Program-made: the position numbers and the translations under genes
Assembly (NCBI GenBank): GCA_964013575.1
Contig: CAXGWP010000005.1
Span: 17,306-81,305, forward strand
Source: an uncultured Nitrosomonadaceae bacterium
GTDB taxonomy: Bacteria; Pseudomonadota; Gammaproteobacteria; Burkholderiales; Nitrosomonadaceae
Length of the DNA: 64,000 nt
Reading direction: 5' to 3'
The notes under the pieces: generated by a model
Databases searched by the model: none
What the model was told of the DNA's origin: nothing
What the model saw: only the letters and a program-made list of their open reading frames with translations
In this document: positions 52,483-61,986 of the stretch, one piece after another
How positions within the stretch are numbered: position 1 is the first letter of the stretch
Layout: the number at the start of each line of letters is the position of its first letter

Positions 52483-53613
52483 TTAATTTCTAAATGCTTT
52501 AATTTCTGAAGGTTGTACTATATCCGTTTTATTACTCCAGGAATTACGTTCATAGGTAATTACTGCAGCAAGGTCTAGATCTGATAAGTGCTTATAAGAA
52601 GACATTGCAGAACCGTCTTTACCATTTACTACTATGTTTATATGGTCAGCTTTAGGACCAGTAGCAATTTTTGAACCATCTAATGCTGGGAATGTTCCTG
52701 GTATACCTTTCCCAGTAGCTTGGTGACATGCAGCACACATTCCTGCATATACTTTTTCGCCCTTAGCTTTTAGTTCATCCATTGTATATTCTTTATTGGC
52801 ATCAGCTGCTGCTGCCTCGGTTGTTTGTGCTTGAGCAGCCACCCATTGAGTATACTTTTCTTGTTCCATCACCTCTACAACTATTGGCATATAAGCATGC
52901 TCTTTACCACAAAGCTCAGAACATACTCCACGATATATACCTGGCTTTTCAGCTTTAAACCAAGTATCGCGTATATAACCTGGAATGGCATCTTGTTTTA
53001 CACCAAGCTGCTGTACTGACCAAGCATGAATCACATCATTAGCAGTAGTAAGTATTCGAACCTTCTTCCCAACAGGTACTACTACATTATTATCAACTTC
53101 CAGTATATAGTGTTCACCCTTTGGAGCTTCATTTCTAATTTGCTCTCTTGGAGTAGACGACCTACTGAAGAAACTAATTCCTTCTCCTTCCCCAGTTAAA
53201 TAGTCATAACCCCACATCCACTGATAACCTGTAGCTTTAATTGTGATCTCTGGTGCTGATGTGTCCTTCATATCAACAACCGTCTTTGTAGCAGGATAAC
53301 CCATACCTATAAGAATTAAAACTGGTACGGCTGTCCAGATAATCTCAACAGTTGTACTATGGTGAAAATTAGCAGCCTTGTATCCTTTAGATTTTCTATG
53401 ATTAACAACAGAATAGAACATTGTACCGAATACACCAATAAAAATTACCACACAAATGTACATAACATATAGATGTAAATCGTACATCTCTGAAGCAATT
53501 GCTGTGTTTGGCGCCGGTAAATTAATAGTACTCAATTTTTCAGCTACCACCACACTTGGGTACATAAAAAGTGCTGAGACCCATACCAGTATAGCCGTTA
53601 CTTTACTGCCCAT
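52483..53613 (-). CDS. coxB: Cytochrome c oxidase subunit II with fused C-terminal cytochrome c domain
   Basis: Signal peptide plus two TM helices. CuA site [13 protein letters not shown]-terminal heme c site CAACH. Confidence 0.95.
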   Translation of the reverse strand: MGSKVTAILVWVSALFMYPSVVVAEKLSTINLPAPNTAIASEMYDLHLYVMYICVVIFIGVFGTMFYSVVNHRKSKGYKAANFHHSTTVEIIWTAVPVLILIGMGYPATKTVVDMKDTSAPEITIKATGYQWMWGYDYLTGEGEGISFFSRSSTPREQIRNEAPKGEHYILEVDNNVVVPVGKKVRILTTANDVIHAWSVQQLGVKQDAIPGYIRDTWFKAEKPGIYRGVCSELCGKEHAYMPIVVEVMEQEKYTQWVAAQAQTTEAAAADANKEYTMDELKAKGEKVYAGMCAACHQATGKGIPGTFPALDGSKIATGPKADHINIVVNGKDGSAMSSYKHLSDLDLAAVITYERNSWSNKTDIVQPSEIKAFRN

Positions 53614-54381
53614 ATCTCCCCCCGCTTAATTTCCTCACCTTAATATTTATAATTTTCAGTGCGAAATATAAATTTATTAAATCTTTCTTTACCAAGTCTG
53701 CCTTATTTTTATCAGTTAATCAAATACTTAGATATTTGCATGCCAGACTTAATATAACCAATTAATCCTTAATAAAACCTACTATTTAAATATTTGGTTG
53801 CTTGCTAAGCTTACTAAAATAAATAGCTGCGAATTTTAACACGACGGAAATAGCCACACAAGCTTCAATTTTCCTTTACTTGTATTCCTAAAACATTTTA
53901 CTAGCTCATGTCAGAAATAATATTTTTACAACATATGCACTACTATTTTAGATTAGTCGTTGCCCCGCATATTAAACCAAGCTTGAGTATATAGATATCA
54001 ATGCAAATTTATAGCTACAATCTTTACCTTTACCTATATAATTTAATTACTTTTACTTTAAAAACAAGATAAAAAGGTTACCAATATCCTATTTGCGGAT
54101 GTAATATACAGCAGGCTAAAACTAATATCAATATTTCTTACCAATTTCCTAGATTTTTATTCTTTATGCAGCTTGAACAACGTTCCTATTTTCGAATTTT
54201 ATCGAAACCAGAAAATTAGTAAATCATTTAAAATTAAAGAAAACCAAACATTAAATAGCATCCTATGTTTTAATTAGCTTCATAACGACCTCTTCATATA
54301 TTCAATAATTTACGCAATTAAATCACTTCAATTTATTTAAAGAAATTTAATAAGTTGTTCTTTTAAATTACGAGGATTGTA

Positions 54382-55170
54382 ATGGAGATAAACTCTAGAA
54401 AAGAAAGATATAATACGAATAAGCTTTATAAAAGATTAAGACGCCAAGTTAGCTTGGCCATCTCAGATTTCAATATGATTGAAGAGGGAGATAAAATTAT
54501 GGTATGCCTATCTGGTGGAAAAGATAGCTATGCACTACTTGATATCTTACGCAACCTTCAATCACATGCACCACTATCATTTGAACTAATTGCTGTGAAC
54601 CTTGACCAAAAGCAACCAGGCTTCCCAGAACATATATTGCCAGAATATCTATCTAAAATTGGTATTCCTTTTCGTATTATTGAGCAAGATACTTATAGTG
54701 TTGTAAAAAGAGTTATTCCTGAAGGCAAGACTACCTGCAGCCTATGCTCGCGATTAAGACGTGGGGTACTATATCGGGTTGCCACTGAAATAGGTGCGAC
54801 TAAAATTGCATTAGGTCATCACAGAGATGACATTCTTGAAACTTTGTTTCTTAATCTATTCTATAGTGGAAAACTTAAAGCCATGTCGCCTAAACTAATA
54901 AATGATACCGGAAAACACATTGTTATTCGTCCACTTGTTTATTGTAAAGAAAAGGATTTAGAAAGATATGCAAACACCAAAATATTTCCTATTATTCCAT
55001 GTAATCTATGTGGCTCACAGAAAAATTTACAGCGCCAAACAATTAAAAATATGATGCAGGAATGGGATAAAAAGTTTCCTGGAAGACTAGAAACCATGTT
55101 CACTGCATTACGTAATGTACAGCCCTCACATCTGATTGATAATTCACTTTATGATTTCCAAGGCCTCTAA
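54382..55170 (+). CDS. ttcA: tRNA 2-thiocytidine(32) synthetase TtcA
   Basis: PP-loop CLSGGKDS plus Fe-S cysteines [10 protein letters not shown] and CNLCGSQ. Confidence 0.95.
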   Translation: MEINSRKERYNTNKLYKRLRRQVSLAISDFNMIEEGDKIMVCLSGGKDSYALLDILRNLQSHAPLSFELIAVNLDQKQPGFPEHILPEYLSKIGIPFRIIEQDTYSVVKRVIPEGKTTCSLCSRLRRGVLYRVATEIGATKIALGHHRDDILETLFLNLFYSGKLKAMSPKLINDTGKHIVIRPLVYCKEKDLERYANTKIFPIIPCNLCGSQKNLQRQTIKNMMQEWDKKFPGRLETMFTALRNVQPSHLIDNSLYDFQGL

Positions 55171-55372
55171 GTTAATAACAAACATATAATCAAATTAAAT
55201 GATTTTTATAAGGAAACAAAAGTAATTAAATCACTCCTAAATTAGACCCCAAATTATCTTAAAACTTGAAACGAGAGCTAACAACAAACTTTAATTCTCA
55301 AATATATAGAGAATCGGAATAAATTTATTTCCTTTAAATCTGCTATCAAGCATCCATCAATAAAGTCACATG

Positions 55373-55750
55373 TTATATACGCTTATTTCTATAATATGGA
55401 GGAATTAAAAAGAATGTGGCAATAATCAAAATTGAATATATTAAATAAATTACTGTAAATATCCATTCTTGTAGATCATAAAATAGCATATAGTGCAACC
55501 ACCTTTGAATGAATCCTTGATCAGATTCAAACTGTCTTAAACTATCTTCCCATATTGTAAGAGGGCAGGGCATACCAAGCAAAGACTCTACTACCACCAC
55601 AGAAATAGCAGCCAGATGAATGTAACGAAACCAGACATTTCGTACAAAGTCTACCCCTAACCTTGCTCCAATCCAAATTATTGGCAGCCCTCCAACTACA
55701 AACAATAAAAATAAAAAATGGAAAATAAGAATTACATCAGCAAACAACAT
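55373..55750 (-). CDS. DUF2784-family membrane protein
   Basis: 125 aa, 4 TM segments, conserved CPLT motif (GMPCPLTIWE). Confidence 0.7.
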   Translation of the reverse strand: MLFADVILIFHFLFLLFVVGGLPIIWIGARLGVDFVRNVWFRYIHLAAISVVVVESLLGMPCPLTIWEDSLRQFESDQGFIQRWLHYMLFYDLQEWIFTVIYLIYSILIIATFFLIPPYYRNKRI

Positions 55751-55831
55751 ATTGTTTATATTGCCACCTATAATAGGTGGTCTATTAACCCTAATATCAA
55801 AAAAATTAAAATTCCTCCCTATATTTATATG

Positions 55832-56938
55832 CTACAAATACCCTGACAAACTATGTTGCTGTAGAGCCCATCTCACATGCTCACGCACCAAAGGAGAATT
55901 ATCATTATATCTGGCTTTTAATGCATCAAATATTTTCTTAGAATGTGAAGCATTTCCTAGTCCCACAGCTAAATTACGAAGCCACTGCTCATGCCCAATT
56001 CTTCGAATTGGACTACCAGCAAGTTTTACATAAAACTCTTCTCTACTCCAATTAAATAATTCCACTAAAGATGAACTATCTAAACCATTACGCACAGCAA
56101 AATCTTTTTCTCTGGTAACTACAGCATATTTATTCCAAGGACAGGCCAGCTGACAATCGTCACACCCATAAACCCGATTCCCAATTAAAGGGCGCAAATG
56201 TTCTGGAATACTACCTTTGAGCTCGATAGTAAGATAAGAAATACAACGCCTTGCATCTAATCTATAAGGCTCTATAATGGCTTGGGTAGGACATATATCA
56301 ATACATTTTGCACAAGTGCCACAATGATTATTAATCGGTTTATCTACAGGCAACGGTAAATCAGTATATATTTCTCCAAGAAAAAACATTGAACCGGCCT
56401 CACGTGAAAGCAAAAGGGTATGCTTTCCACGCCACCCAAGACCAGATTTTTGTGCCCACTCCACTTCCATAACAGGAGCACTATCAGAAAATACACGATA
56501 ATTAGAATAACCTATTTGCGTAGTTATTTTATTAGCAAGCTTTTGTAATCGACCACGTAATACCTTATGATAATCTCGACCAAGCGCATAGCGAGAAATA
56601 AAGGCCTTATCACGATCTTTTATCACTTGCCAGCTATTTTTTATATTAGGTGACAAATAATTCATGCGTACCGATATTACCCGTAAGGTGCCTGGTAACA
56701 ATTTTTCTGGATAAACACGTTTAATCCCATGTTTTGCCATATAATGCATATTGCCGTGATACCCTTTACCTAACCACTTTAAAAGGCCTGCTTCAATGTG
56801 TGATTTTTCAGATGTAGCATCTGATATACGGACTTCTTGAAACCCAAGCTCTTTACTCCAAATTTTTATATTATTTGTAACTGAAGTAAAATCTATAAGC
56901 TGATAATTGGAAATATTCTTTTGCATAATTCTCATCAT
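55832..56938 (-). CDS. queG: Epoxyqueuosine reductase QueG
   Basis: Two 4Fe-4S motifs (CGTCAKCIDICP and CDDCQLACPWN) and C-terminal HEAT-like repeats. The start could be any of three ATGs (56938, 56935, 56926). Confidence 0.93.
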   Translation of the reverse strand: MMRIMQKNISNYQLIDFTSVTNNIKIWSKELGFQEVRISDATSEKSHIEAGLLKWLGKGYHGNMHYMAKHGIKRVYPEKLLPGTLRVISVRMNYLSPNIKNSWQVIKDRDKAFISRYALGRDYHKVLRGRLQKLANKITTQIGYSNYRVFSDSAPVMEVEWAQKSGLGWRGKHTLLLSREAGSMFFLGEIYTDLPLPVDKPINNHCGTCAKCIDICPTQAIIEPYRLDARRCISYLTIELKGSIPEHLRPLIGNRVYGCDDCQLACPWNKYAVVTREKDFAVRNGLDSSSLVELFNWSREEFYVKLAGSPIRRIGHEQWLRNLAVGLGNASHSKKIFDALKARYNDNSPLVREHVRWALQQHSLSGYL

Positions 56939-57415
56939 AACAATTCTGTTGCATCATGCCACCTTATAAATGAATCAGTAACACTAGACTTTGGTGCAAA
57001 GGTATCATCTATACTAAGTCCCGGGCTTATTATTTTCCTAAAAGGTAACCTCGGCGCGGGAAAAACAACACTTACAAGAGGGATATTGCAAGGCTTAGGC
57101 TACAAGGGGCAAGTAAAAAGCCCCACATATAATTTGGTTGAACTTTATAAAATTTCTAGGTTATACTTCTATCACTTTGATTTCTATCGTTTCACTGATC
57201 CCATGGAATGGGAGGAGGCTGGGTTTCGTGAGTATTTTAATAAGGACTCTATTTGTCTGATTGAATGGCCTGAAAGAGCAGAAGAACTATTACCCATACC
57301 AGATATAGAGATTTCTTTTACTATAAATAAGGTGGGGCGCGATATTGAAATGCAAGCCAGTACGGAGGTAGGCAGGCAGTGTTTAAAAAATTGGAAAATC
57401 CAAAGAGCTCATTAA
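56921..57415 (+). CDS. tsaE: tRNA t6A37 biosynthesis ATPase TsaE
   Basis: P-loop GNLGAGKTT, HFDFYR, EWPE motifs. TTG at 56921 is the only canonical start upstream of the P-loop. Confidence 0.9.
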   Translation: MHNSHHNNSVASCHLINESVTLDFGAKVSSILSPGLIIFLKGNLGAGKTTLTRGILQGLGYKGQVKSPTYNLVELYKISRLYFYHFDFYRFTDPMEWEEAGFREYFNKDSICLIEWPERAEELLPIPDIEISFTINKVGRDIEMQASTEVGRQCLKNWKIQRAH

Positions 57416-57441
57416 CTAGGATATCATCCGATTGTCCAAAA

Positions 57442-58716
57442 ATGCTTCTTTTAGCGAAATTTTATTTTATTTTTACAGTAACATTATCACAATTAGCTTT
57501 AGCTACTAATACTGTTTTTGCTGATACAACAGTTAACTCTACACGTATATGGCCAGCATCAGAATATACGCGCCTTACCCTAGAATCAGATACATCAATA
57601 GATTACTCTCTTATCTTGCTTAAAAACCCAAATCGGGTTGTGCTAGATTTAACAAATGTTAAGCTTTCCTCTGAAATTAAAAAGCTACCTAACAAAATAA
57701 GTACTAATAATTTATATATTCGTTCAATCCGTATTGGCAAATTTAATAGAAAGACCTTACGACTTGTCTTGGATCTGAAAAGCGAAGTCAAACCTCAAGC
57801 ATTTGTTCTTAAACCTGTAGGAGATTATGGCCACAGATTAGTACTGGACATTTACCCTATTACTCCTCCTGACCCCTTAATGGCATTAATAAATAAAGGG
57901 GCAGTAAAATCAGCACAAGCTAATGCTTCTGAACATATCCAATCTGACAGAAAATCAAAATTAGCTGCGGCTAACAAAAAAGAAGCCGTTTCAACTAAGC
58001 GGATTATAACCGTTGCAATTGATCCTGGTCATGGAGGAGAAGATCCTGGGGCGGTAAGTAAAAAAGGCACACATGAAAAAAATATTACTCTTGCCATTGC
58101 ACGAAAACTAAAAGCCAAAATAGATGCTGAACCTAATATGCAAGCCGCATTAACTCGGGATGGAGATTACTATCTTTCTCTCAGAATGCGGCTAGAAAAG
58201 GCAAGAAGACTTAATGCCGATTTATTTGTATCAATTCATGCTGACGCTTTTGTAAAACCTCATGCAAGGGGCTCTTCTGTATTTACATTATCTGAACGTG
58301 GAGCAACTTCTGCTGCTGCTCGATGGCTAGCAAAAACTGAAAATGATGCGGATCTAATCGGGGGAGTAAATATTGATACTAAAGACCCATATCTCAACAA
58401 AACACTTCTGGATCTTTCATTATCACAAACAAGAGAAGACAGCCATAATCTAGCAAAAGAAGTATTATCAGAGATTGGCGAAATAAATCATTTACATAAA
58501 AGCCATGTAGAACAAGCTGGCTTTGCCGTACTAAAATCTCCTGATATTCCTTCTATCCTAGTAGAAACAGCTTTTATTAGTAATCCGCACGAAGAGAAAA
58601 AGCTTCGGAATAAACGTTATCAAGACAAAATGGCTAAAGCAATGCTAGAAGGAATTAAGCGCTATTTCTCTAAAAATCCACCTTTATCACGCTCAAAAAT
58701 AGTAAAACTAGAGTAA
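57442..58716 (+). CDS. N-acetylmuramoyl-L-alanine amidase (AmiB/AmiC type with N-terminal AMIN domain)
   Basis: Signal peptide starting at the Met at 57442 (MLLLAKFYFIF...VFA), which I prefer to the track start at 57379 that overlaps tsaE. AMIN domain (TRIWPASEYTRLTLESD...VVLDL). Amidase_3 motifs IDPGHGGEDPGA, SIHADA, ETAFISN. Confidence 0.9.
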   Translation: MLLLAKFYFIFTVTLSQLALATNTVFADTTVNSTRIWPASEYTRLTLESDTSIDYSLILLKNPNRVVLDLTNVKLSSEIKKLPNKISTNNLYIRSIRIGKFNRKTLRLVLDLKSEVKPQAFVLKPVGDYGHRLVLDIYPITPPDPLMALINKGAVKSAQANASEHIQSDRKSKLAAANKKEAVSTKRIITVAIDPGHGGEDPGAVSKKGTHEKNITLAIARKLKAKIDAEPNMQAALTRDGDYYLSLRMRLEKARRLNADLFVSIHADAFVKPHARGSSVFTLSERGATSAAARWLAKTENDADLIGGVNIDTKDPYLNKTLLDLSLSQTREDSHNLAKEVLSEIGEINHLHKSHVEQAGFAVLKSPDIPSILVETAFISNPHEEKKLRNKRYQDKMAKAMLEGIKRYFSKNPPLSRSKIVKLE

Positions 58717-58814
58717 TTTAAACTAAAAGTATTTATAATACCTTTAAATAGATTTCTAGCAGTAACGTCACTTCTACGCCATAATCACCACATCAGAATT
58801 TCAAAGGTACCCCT

Positions 58815-60032
58815 GTGGCAAACGAAGATTTATCCAAATTAAAAATTGATAGAAATTGCGCTACTAGAACAACTAGTCGCAATAGAAAGCCAAAATCAAT
58901 AGCTACGTTTGTAATTGTTATTACACTAGCACTATTTTTGTTTCTATATTTTAAAAGTATAACCCCTATTGAAATAGAGTCTGCTACTGTTACAACAGCC
59001 TACCCCTCACAATCATTCACACTGCTTAACGCCACAGGATATGTTACTGCACAAAGAAAAGCAGCTGTAGCATCAAAAGCAACCGGACGTGTTGAATGGC
59101 TTGGTGTAACCGAAGGCAGCAAAGTAAAAAAAGGAGAGGTAATTGCACAACTTGAGAACAAAGATGTCTCTGCTACAATGAAACAAGCTGCAGCTAATAT
59201 TAAAGTTGCCGAGGCAAATCTTCAAAAAGGGAGAGCTGAGTTAATAAATGCAGAAGCATCACTTAAAAGAACAAAGAATTTATTAAAGAAAAACTTTATT
59301 TCTCAATCTAGATATGATGCAGCTGTAGCTCATTTTCGTACTTCAAAGGCTGCCGTCATTGGTCACAAAGCTGCAATTGGTGCTGCCAAAGCAGCATATC
59401 GTGTAGCACAAACTGCTGTAGAGCACACATTAATACGGGCACCATTTAATGGCGTAGTGCTAACAAGAAGTGCAAATATTGGTGATGTAGTTACACCTTT
59501 TTCTTCTGCACTTAATGCAAAAGGCGCTGTAGTAACTATGGCAGATATGGACACACTAGAAGTTGAAGCTGACGTATCCGAATCAAATCTGCATAAAGTA
59601 AAGCTAGGACAGCCATGTGAAATTCAATTAGATGCATTACCTGAATCACGATTACGTGGTGTTGTACAACGTATAGTTCCAACAGTAGACCGCTCAAAAG
59701 CCACTGTACTTGTAAAGGTAAAATTTATTGATCATGATCCCAATATTTTGCCAGAAATGAGTGCAAAAATAGCATTTCTTGAAAAAGAGGTTCCCATGAA
59801 TCAACGCACGTCCCGTACTGTCATTCAACCGGATGCTATAGTTAAAAAAAATAATCAAAAAGCAATCTTCCTTATCAAGGAAAAAAGAGTAATTAAAATA
59901 CCAATTGAGACAGGCCGAAAAATTGGAAATATGATCGAAATATTAACAGGACCTAAACCAGGAGACAAAATTGTATTAAATCCGGACAATAATCTTGAAA
60001 CAGGAGATATAGTTAAAACTGTCTCAAAATAA
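58815..60032 (+). CDS. HlyD/MacA-family periplasmic adaptor (membrane fusion protein)
   Basis: N-terminal TM anchor, lipoyl-like halves flanking a coiled-coil hairpin (AAANIKVAEANLQKGRAEL...), then a beta-barrel domain. GTG start. Confidence 0.85.
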   Translation: MANEDLSKLKIDRNCATRTTSRNRKPKSIATFVIVITLALFLFLYFKSITPIEIESATVTTAYPSQSFTLLNATGYVTAQRKAAVASKATGRVEWLGVTEGSKVKKGEVIAQLENKDVSATMKQAAANIKVAEANLQKGRAELINAEASLKRTKNLLKKNFISQSRYDAAVAHFRTSKAAVIGHKAAIGAAKAAYRVAQTAVEHTLIRAPFNGVVLTRSANIGDVVTPFSSALNAKGAVVTMADMDTLEVEADVSESNLHKVKLGQPCEIQLDALPESRLRGVVQRIVPTVDRSKATVLVKVKFIDHDPNILPEMSAKIAFLEKEVPMNQRTSRTVIQPDAIVKKNNQKAIFLIKEKRVIKIPIETGRKIGNMIEILTGPKPGDKIVLNPDNNLETGDIVKTVSK

Positions 60033-60048
60033 ATGCAACCTTAATAGA

Positions 60049-60741
60049 ATGGAAAAATTTTCAGAATCTATTATCCATATTAAACACCTTTCAAAATCCT
60101 ATCGCCGAGGTGAACAGATTGTGCCTGTATTAACAGATATCACTTTTGATATTCCTACAGGAGAATTCGTTGCCCTAATGGGGCCCTCAGGCTCTGGTAA
60201 AAGCACTTTACTTAATTTAATTGCGGGAATTGATACTCCTGATAGCGGAATACTAGAGGTAGGGGGGGAGAATATTACCCTTTTATCTGAAAGAGAACTG
60301 GCTGATTGGAGAGCTGCCAATGTCGGTTTTATTTTCCAGTTCTATAATTTAATGCCGGTATTAACAGCATTTGAGAATGTTGAACTTCCATTATTATTAA
60401 CACGACTTTCATTTAAAGATCGGCAAGAACGTGTAGAATTAGCTCTAGAAATGGTTGGACTCTCCGATCGAATGGAGCATTATCCTTCTGAACTATCTGG
60501 TGGACAACAACAACGTGTTGCAATTGCTCGTTCCTTTATTTCTGATCCAGTAATATTAGTTGCAGATGAGCCTACAGGCGACTTAGACCGAAAATCAGCA
60601 GAAGAGATTCTCGCTATACTTGATCGTCTAAATAAAGAGATGGAAAAAACTATTATCATGGTTACACACGACCCCCATGCAGCACAAACCGCTCATCTGA
60701 CTCGACACTTGGAGAAAGGAGAACTAGATGTTAGAAATTAG
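60049..60741 (+). CDS. ABC transporter ATP-binding protein (MacB/LolD-type)
   Basis: Walker A GPSGSGKST, signature LSGGQQQRVAIAR, Walker B LVADEPTGDLD, H-loop VTHD. Confidence 0.93.
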   Translation: MEKFSESIIHIKHLSKSYRRGEQIVPVLTDITFDIPTGEFVALMGPSGSGKSTLLNLIAGIDTPDSGILEVGGENITLLSERELADWRAANVGFIFQFYNLMPVLTAFENVELPLLLTRLSFKDRQERVELALEMVGLSDRMEHYPSELSGGQQQRVAIARSFISDPVILVADEPTGDLDRKSAEEILAILDRLNKEMEKTIIMVTHDPHAAQTAHLTRHLEKGELDVRN

Positions 60742-60800
60742 TTCATATAAGTAGAAATAATTACTCTATTTATTTTTTCTTTGTATATACGCCACAAGAA

Positions 60801-61967
60801 ATGCACTTCCTAAAACTTATTCTCCGTAATACTTTACGCCATAAATTACGAACTGGCTTAACTATTCTTGGCATTATAGTAGCAATAGTAGCTTTTGGGC
60901 TATTACGTACAGTAGTAGACGCATGGTACTCAGGTGCTGAGGGTTCCTCAGAAACACGATTAATTACACGTAATGCTATCTCACTAGTATTTCATTTGCC
61001 GATAAAATATCAAGACAAAATAAAAAAAATCCAAGGGGTTGCAGAGGTTACTCATGCCAGCTGGTTTGGAGGAATATATATAACTGAAAAAAATTTCTTT
61101 CCACAATTTGCAATTGATTCAAAAACTTATTTTAATGTGTACTCTGAATATATTATTCCACCAAAAGATCTAACCGCTTTTATAAACGATCAAAAAGGTT
61201 GTGTAATAGGTCGTAAGATTGCAGACATATATAATTTAAAAGTAGGCGATACCTTGCCTATACGAGGAACAATTTATCCAGGTATATGGAAATTTACTAT
61301 ACGTGCTATATATGATGGTATTGAAACAAAAACTGATACCTCTCAATTTTTCTTTCACTGGAATTATCTAAATGAGTCAAAAAAAAGAGTAATAGCGCGT
61401 TCAGCTAATACTACTGATTGGGTAGGTGTATACGCTATTAATATCTCAGAACCAAATAGAGCATCTGAAATATCAAATGAGATTGATAAGCTATTTAAAG
61501 ATTCACTTGCAGAAACTCACACAGAAACAGAAAAAGCTTTTCAACTAGGATTTGTTTCTATGACTGAAGCAATAGTGGTGGCAATTCGAATTGTTTCATA
61601 TCTAGTCATTTTAATAATCCTTGCTGTCATGGCTAATACTATGGCAATGACAGCACGCGAGAGAACAAGTGAATATGCCACTTTAAAAGCATTGGGTTTT
61701 AGTCATGGTTTTATCGCAGGATTAATTTATGGAGAATCTCTAGTCATCGCATCCTTAGGTACATTAATTGGTATTTTATTAACTTTTCCAGTGGCCTCTA
61801 TGTTTAATGCAAAGGTTGGAACACTTTTTCCCGTATTTGGAGTATCACTGGAAACAATTTATATGCAAATTATTGCTGCAATCTTAATAGGAATATCAGC
61901 AGCATTTTTACCAGCATCACGCTCTGCACAAGCTTCAATTGTAGAAGGATTAAGAAATATAGGATAA
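60801..61967 (+). CDS. ABC transporter permease, FtsX/MacB type (paralog 1)
   Basis: TM1, a large periplasmic domain, then 3 TM segments. The FtsX-domain cytoplasmic helix is MTARERTSEYATLKALGF. 388 aa. Confidence 0.85.
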   Translation: MHFLKLILRNTLRHKLRTGLTILGIIVAIVAFGLLRTVVDAWYSGAEGSSETRLITRNAISLVFHLPIKYQDKIKKIQGVAEVTHASWFGGIYITEKNFFPQFAIDSKTYFNVYSEYIIPPKDLTAFINDQKGCVIGRKIADIYNLKVGDTLPIRGTIYPGIWKFTIRAIYDGIETKTDTSQFFFHWNYLNESKKRVIARSANTTDWVGVYAINISEPNRASEISNEIDKLFKDSLAETHTETEKAFQLGFVSMTEAIVVAIRIVSYLVILIILAVMANTMAMTARERTSEYATLKALGFSHGFIAGLIYGESLVIASLGTLIGILLTFPVASMFNAKVGTLFPVFGVSLETIYMQIIAAILIGISAAFLPASRSAQASIVEGLRNIG

Positions 61968-61986
61968 AAAATAATGAACAAAAAAT

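Noticed and set aside
53614-54381. Possible dif site, replication-origin features or tRNA/sRNA in the long spacer.
   Set aside because: I could not find a XerCD dif-like CATAAT-n-ATTATG core, clustered DnaA boxes or any tRNA-like G+C-rich stems by eye. It is kept as a finding only because of its unusual length.
57379-57441. Upstream 21-codon extension of the amidase ORF.
   Set aside because: It overlaps the tsaE 3' end. The Met at 57442 begins a normal signal peptide.
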